From Tubiluchus corallicola (taxonomy: Eukaryota > Animalia > Priapulida), in the NCBI GenBank assembly GCA_030141605.1, contig JAQGDQ010000175.1, positions 372,001 through 436,000 on the forward strand: a stretch of DNA of 64,000 nt, read 5' to 3'. The first letter of the stretch is position 1; each line of letters starts with the position of its first letter. This document shows, piece by piece, positions 57,540 to 64,000 of this stretch. A program made the translations under genes and the position numbers. The notes under the pieces were generated by a model. That model did not search any database. It was not told the origin of the DNA and was given only the letters and a program-made list of their open reading frames with translations.

Positions 57540-59239
57540 TTAAATTATGATTCTGAACACGAGCATCATCCATTATGTGATGTTTCTGAAGAGATTGCGG
57601 CAAAATATTTATGACTTTTTCAACAGAGAAAAGCCAATGAACAGACTTGAAGTAAAACTATAATGCTAATTTGAAAAGTAAAAGAATCAAAGCTTTTAGT
57701 ATTTTGCATTATTACTAAGTCTTTTTCCATTCCTCCCTGAAATATCGTTACCTCTTTTTTCTCTCTTCTCTTCTCTCAGCTAATTACCAACTTGTGACAA
57801 TTGTGAACTCAGTTGTTTAGGTTACAAACAATTTTTATATCAAGTTTGAAGGATTAAAGAGAAACATTTTTTTTATCATTTTTCTTTTTATAACACTTTT
57901 GTCTGAAATTTAATTTTACTACCTGTTGGAACAAATTTTAGGGTGATAAAACCGACATTAGCGTTAACCTGCACGCAGGTATTAATCTTCACTCCAGACA
58001 CTGTCATGTAGGATAAAAGTTACGCATGTATAGATTAGCCTCCAGCAAAACACTGACATTTCATTTATTGAGCTGTGGGAAGTCGGGAGCATTGAAATTT
58101 TATTCTCATTTCCACTCTAGCCACTGTCTTGTAACATTAGTCTACAATGAAACACAAATCTTTCAGAAATCTCAGACATGTCCTCCAGGTAAATGTCATA
58201 AACTTTAGCTCTGAACAAATGTTTAGTGTGTGAAATAAATCCATGAAAACATTTTAAAATCCAGTCACGATTCCACACTTGGATATATTTAACAAGTTTT
58301 TATTCTTTCCACTTAAACTGGCAACTATTACTAAAGCGCATTGCTGAAGGCATTCATGATGTATATTTTTGAATGAATGACAACAAAAATTTATGAAACA
58401 AAAAAGGAAGAAAACGAAAAGAAAAAGAAAAGAAAAGAAAAGAAAGAGAAAAAATGAATAAAGAAAGAAACAAAAGCCTGTATTTTAGCTGGAAAAAAGA
58501 AATTCTTACCTGTTTCTGAAATGTAGAAAAAGCCCTGAGCATTTTCAAGATTTTATCATTTTAATAGCTACTAGTTTTATGTGAAGGTGGTTCATTGCCT
58601 TGCCTTTGTCGGCAACAATAAAATGTGAAATCAGGGAAAGGCGGGTTCTTTGTTATTTATGATGCGTCTCATACGTGTTGAGTGTTGTAATCTGAAGTAG
58701 TAGAAAAGGTTACTGTCCAAATTAACATCTCAAGGTAAACCTCCTTCTGCTACTGCTTGTGTTGATTTATTACTGTTTTTTGAAAAACTGAAATGGCGAC
58801 GACTAAGACGACTACGATGACTACGACGATGATGATGGTGACGATGTTATTATTAATTATTCTGAATTTAAAACTAATGTCAGTGGAATTTATTTTTGAT
58901 TGGTTTTAAAATATTTAAATCCTTTTTATTCAAATTCTGAAAAAATTTGGTCTCACGGGATATGTTTAACACTTGTAAACATATTAACTTTACATGACAA
59001 TGTTTGATGATGGTACAAACTCCATCATCTCAGTTATAATTTACTTAACTGCTACCTCAAAATAATTAGTCAGTCAGTCGGTCGGTCGGTCGGTCGGTCG
59101 GTCGGTCGGTCAGTCAGTCAGTCAGTCAGTCAGTCAGTCAGTCAGTCTGTGGGTCATACCATCACTCCACTCAGAGAGCGAGAGAGAGAAAAAGAGGGAG
59201 AGAGAGAAAGAGGAGAGAGAGAGAGAGAGGTGTAAGAGA

Positions 59240-59315
<76 letters not shown>

Positions 59316-60330
59316 GGGGTAAGTCAAACTGTCGTGATTTATCAATTTTAATTTGTGCTGTTGGTTTGTTCAAAAACCTCGTAGATTTAATTTATGATTC
59401 CGAGGACGTGAATCATCCATTATATGATGATACTGCTTAACGAGATTGCACCAATATATTTCGAAATGCCTTGAAGTAAAAACATGAAGTAAAATAGAAA
59501 AACTTTTACAATTTTGCTTTATTACTAACAATTTCGTGAAATTTTGTTCCCACTTTTTTCTGTCTCTTGTCTCCTCCTGTCATCTATAAACTCAACTCTT
59601 TGGGTGGCAAATAATTTGTTTTATCAATTTTGAATGATTCAAGAAAACCATTTTATTATTTTTCTTATCTTGACGCTTTTGTCTAAAATTTGTTGCTTAA
59701 TGTGTGTGTTTTGATTAAACTACAATTCATTGTGACTGGTCTTGGAAAGTCCCTAAAGTCTGTAAGCAAAAATTTGGTGCCATTAAACTTATTCTGAAAA
59801 CAGAAAAAAAATCATCGAGCCAATTATTTTTACAATTTTAGAAGTAGCAATAGCAAAATAATAGAAACAATAGAAACAAAAAAGCAAATATTTTGATAGT
59901 CTCAAAAAAACTGTCACTAATGTGTCTAAATGCAGCACCTTACTGGCTGCTGGTACAAAATTCAGAGAAACAGTTATTGACATTTGAGGTTCAACCTGCA
60001 CACAGGTATAAATCTTCAGTCTAGACATTGTCATGTACGACAAGCGTTATGCATTTAAACATTATCTTCCTGCAATTATTGAGCAGTGGGAACTCAAACG
60101 TTGGAATTTATTTTAATTTTCAGTCTAGACACTGTCATGTAACATTAGTCTACACACTACAATGAATCATAAGGATCTTTCAGAACATTCAGACATGACC
60201 TCAGGAAAAATATCATAATTTTAAGGTGTTTACTGTGTTAAGGAAATCCATTAAAAGATTTCAAAGTCCAGTCACAATTCATGCTGGGACACATTTCCCA
60301 AGCTTTTAATCTTTGCAATTTTATCAGTAA
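57540..60330 (+). repeat. Older direct duplication (~57540-58350 vs ~59390-60330)
   Basis: Shared blocks such as ATCATCCATTAT, AACCTGCACRCAGGTAT, GTAACATTAGTCTACA and TCCAGTCACRATTC. Confidence 0.8.
59067..59311. repeat. (CAGT/CGGT)n and (GA)n microsatellites
   Basis: Direct inspection. Confidence 0.95.
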
Positions 60331-60499
60331 GTCTTACTGAGCTGAATGTTGAAGACGTTAAGTTGAGAATAAAAAACTGCATTGCTTTTCATTAATATGA
60401 TCGCGATATGCTGCACATTTCCAGCTTGAAATATGTTTGACACCTATTGTCAATCTGAAACTCTAGGTTAGCCAACCACGTGAAATTGAAAATTCGTAT

Positions 60500-60968
60500 T
60501 TATCATCAATGGTAAAAAGCATTCTAAATGACATAACAGACACTTGGGTAGAAAAAGCTCAATAAGCGAGTAACTCAATGCTTCGCATTCTGAACTAGTT
60601 TACTGCAAAACATGCGAGAGTCTGCAGATATAAATAAAAAAGCTGGAACAGGAAATTACATAGATGCAAAAGATGTCTAGAGAGGCACAAAGTTGTAGAA
60701 TAAAACGTAAAATTTACCCACATTACAAGTTCAATAACTTGATAATTATTGATATCAGTTGATAATTATTGATGTAAAAATGACGTGATAACAGCGGGCT
60801 GTATTTTAGTAATAAGTCAACCTGTAAAATTCATGAAAAGACAAGAATTTTTAAACCAAATTGATACCGCTGTACTATGTCTATGCTTCGTGCCACTAAT
60901 CCCGCTACTAAGTCTTAGCAATTACAAATGAAAGTGGTCCTTGGGAAGAAACAACAACAACAAAACAA

Positions 60969-60999
<31 letters not shown>

Positions 61000-61770
61000 C
61001 AACTCTATCAACAGTGTCAATGACAATGGCTATGATGAAGCTGGCTGCTGCAAAAAATTTGAGCGACTATGAAGAGGTCGAAACATAATTAGTCCAAAAG
61101 GCAAGCATGATAGTAAAGACGATGATAATGATGATACTTGATTGTGCCTCTTTATTTTTCTTACTCCTATACAACGTGTTGTTATGAGCGTCCTTGGTAT
61201 GTTACAGAGCAGTAACCTTTAGAAATAACTTACTCAAGTCACACATTCAGGTTTTACATCGCAAGAGATAAAGAAGTTTGCCTGAGGAAACTTTATTGTT
61301 TACTGAACCGACTGCCAGTAATAAATGCAATGAAATTTCTTTACAACCTCCAGGAATTTTTTTACCCTGCAGTAAAATATTAACTTGCCTAATAGCTTTC
61401 CTAGATTGAATGACAACAAGAAAAATGTCCCAAAGGAACAAACGAGTAGAATTGTGAAATACTTTTACTGAAAACCTATATTAATACTGGAGTTATTACT
61501 AAAATACAGTCGCTGTTATCATTAAATTTTCATCATTATATAGATATCAATCATTATCGAGTTATTGAAATTGTAATGTTTGTAAATTTTATGTTTTATT
61601 TTATTGCTTGCTGCCTCTATAGCAATCTTTCTGGCTTTTTAATTTAGATCTTCCGGGTCACGAATGTTTTGCAGTAAACTAGTTCAGAATGCGAAGCATT
61701 GAGTTTCTCGCATACTGAACTTTTTCTGACTGTTATGTCATTTAAATTGTCACTTTACCCATTGATAAAG
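60500..61770. mobile_element. ~110-bp inverted repeat pair enclosing ~1 kb (fold-back/MITE-like)
   Basis: AACTCAATGCTTCGCATTCTGAACTAGTTTACTGCAAAACAT (~60572-60613) with its reverse complement at ~61664-61705. Confidence 0.6.
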
Positions 61771-61803
61771 ATTGTGTTTTTTATGAATTCATCAAAATAA
61801 TTT

Positions 61804-62064
61804 AGTCAGTCAGTCAGTCAGTCAGTCAGTCAGTCAGTCAGTCAGTCAGTCAGTCAGTCAGTCAGTCAGTCAGTCAGTCAGTCAGTCAGTCAGTCAGTCA
61901 GTCAGTCAGTCAGTCAGTCAGTCAGTCAGTCAGTCAGTCAGTCAGTCAGTCAGTCACTCAGTGAATTAGTCAGTCAGTAAGTCAGTCGGTCTGTCAGTCG
62001 GTTGGTCGGTCGGCCGATCAGTCAGTCAGTAAGTCAGTTAAGCAGTTAGTCAGTCAGTCAGTCA
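61804..62064. repeat. (CAGT)n microsatellite
   Basis: Direct inspection. Confidence 0.97.
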
Positions 62065-62469
62065 CAAAAAAGAAAGGAGAGAAGAGAACGGAATGGAAGG
62101 GAAGAGAAGAGAAGAGAAGAGAGAAGAAAAGAGATGAGAAAAGAAATGAAATGGAAAGGGAAAAAAGGAATAAAGGAATAAAGGAAAAAACGAAAGACAG
62201 AAATTGTTTTATCTAAAATAAAGACTTTGTAAGCTGTATAATCTTTATGGAAATAAGAAAAAGCCCTGAGCGTTTTTAAGATTTTATCATTTTAATAGAT
62301 ACCAGTTTTATGTGAAGGTCGTTCATTGCCTTGCCTTTGTCGGCAACAATAAAATCATAAATCTTGTCAACTGAAATCAGGGGAAAGTTGATTCTATATT
62401 ATTTATGATGCGCCTCGAACATGTTCAGTGTTCTAATCTAAAATGATAAAAAAAAGTTACTGGCCAAAG

Positions 62470-62650
62470 TTGTGATGACGTGCTCAGTTGTTTTCACAGA
62501 CTTGTGATGACGTGCCAAAGGTGTTCGCACAGGTTTGTGGTGACGTGATCAGGTGTTTTCACAGACTTGTGATGACGTGCCAAAGGTGTTCGCACAGGTT
62601 TGTGGTGACGTGCTCAGGTGTTTGCACAGACTTGTGATGACGTGCTGAGG
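62470..62650. repeat. ~31-bp tandem repeat x6 containing TGACGTG
   Basis: CACAGACTTGTGATGACGTG.. alternating with CACAGGTTTGTGGTGACGTG.. Confidence 0.88.
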
Positions 62651-62685
62651 GTGTCTGCGCAAATGTGCGCGAAATAATGTCTTAA

Positions 62686-63343
62686 AGTACCCTCCACTTA
62701 CATAAACCTTAAAATATTAGTCTTGAAATCTTATATCAATTAGTTATATGACTTGCATCGACAGGAACGCTGTATAAAACTTGCAAATTTGAACTCCCGC
62801 GATGACCGTTTACGCAGCCATTTTGACGATAAGTCATTTGAAACAAGTTTAGATAACAAAACGCATAATAATCCGAGCGTTTGCACCGCGCACGTCACTA
62901 ACTGAGTAAAATTTAAAAATTTAAAATCACTGTATCTTGTCAATAAGATTAAAAATATTTTTATGGTTAGTGAGCAGTGCACCCTGGGGGGTGAGTCAGT
63001 GACATTTTACGAATAGATAAAAGCATTTTAAATAATTAATAATTTTCTTTTCAAGTTAAATAAGTTTTTCAAGCAGGTAAGCAAAATGCTAAGTAACATA
63101 ACTTTGCATGGCAAGTTTTTGGGACATAGATTAAAATTTCGTTTTCTTCGAAAGAATTAAGTAACTCGTCTATGACGTCATGTAATGGTGCGGTCGGAAC
63201 AGTATTGCTTGAAATTTAAAATGAAAACAAACAAATTTTCCTTTCGGCGCGAGTACGATATACGCATAAAATCGCTATAAAGCAATATAACTTTTCAAGG
63301 CGATTTTTCTGAAACCAACTTCAGGTACTTCTTTTCTTGTCCT
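62686..63343 (-). mobile_element. Kolobok-like MITE family B copy 2
   Basis: TTAA on both flanks; reverse-complement homology to 3721-4399. Confidence 0.72.
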
Positions 63344-63743
63344 TTAACAATTCTCAAAATGCGGGAAAAGCTATTCTTGTGTGTTTTCCACTAATGCCTA
63401 GCATGACTAACGAAAAAAACAAATCTGAAACTTAATTTACTGTAATATGAATCGCTAAACTTAGCTATCTTAGCTACTTTCAGATAAATTTAAGCACATT
63501 CTCCTTTAACGAGGTAGCTGTGGGCATGAAGTTTGGAAAGCAAATTCGCCGAGCCCGCTAATAATTAACTTTGACAAGTAGGAAAACAACTCTTAGATGT
63601 TTGCTCACCCCAACTCTCGTATGCTTGCATGTGCATTTACCGCACAACTGTTTTGAAAAAAGCAAGCGCACTTATATTTGTTTGTTAAATATAGATAACG
63701 CATTTGTCAATGGTTTGTATGATCACTGCATGACCTCAATAAG

Positions 63744-64000
63744 CTTCTAAGTTGAAAAAGTTCTGTAGTAAACCTAAAACACTTAACGCAACTTTGCAGC
63801 TAGCCTCTAAGTTGAAAAAAGTTCTGTAGTAAACCTAAAACACTTAACGCAACCTTGCAGCTAGCCTCTAAGTTGAAGAAAGTTCTGTAGTACACCTAAA
63901 ACACTTAACGCAACTTTGCAGCTAGCCTCTAAGTTGAAAAAAGTTCTGTAGTAAACCTAAAACACTTAACGCGATCTTGCAGCTAGCCTCTAAGTTGAAA
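63744..64000. repeat. ~61-bp tandem repeat running off the right edge
   Basis: CTAAGTTGAAAAAAGTTCTGTAGTAAACCTAAAACACTTAACGCAACTTTGCAGCTAGCCT, at least 4 copies. Confidence 0.95.

Overview
AT-rich, intron-containing animal (invertebrate-like) genomic DNA, not prokaryotic. Most of the supplied long ORFs are repeat artefacts; the real genes are spliced and were reconstructed by hand from GT-AG sites and reading phase. From left to right: (1) three exons of a METTL27/WBSCR27-like SAM methyltransferase (- strand, runs off the left edge); (2) a signal peptide + PAN/apple exon (+); (3) a complete 4-exon short secreted collagen (-) with a poly-Asp N-terminus, ~110 Gly-X-Y triplets (about half Gly-Pro-Ser) and a basic C-tail; (4) the last four exons of a trypsin-like protease (-) whose N-terminal exons I could not find; (5) a ~13.5 kb inverted duplication (two ~4.9 kb arms, 3.6 kb spacer) holding two opposed EGF-EGF-PAN 3' cassettes, with three more EGF exons in the spacer and decayed EGF exons between the intact ones; (6) a ~3.5 kb tandem duplication and decayed C-type-lectin-like exons. 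Interspersed are Kolobok-like TTAA MITEs, a hAT MITE, solo-LTR-like elements, a tRNA-derived SINE, a LINE endonuclease fragment and many mini- and microsatellites. No CRISPR array, rRNA or intact tRNA gene was seen.
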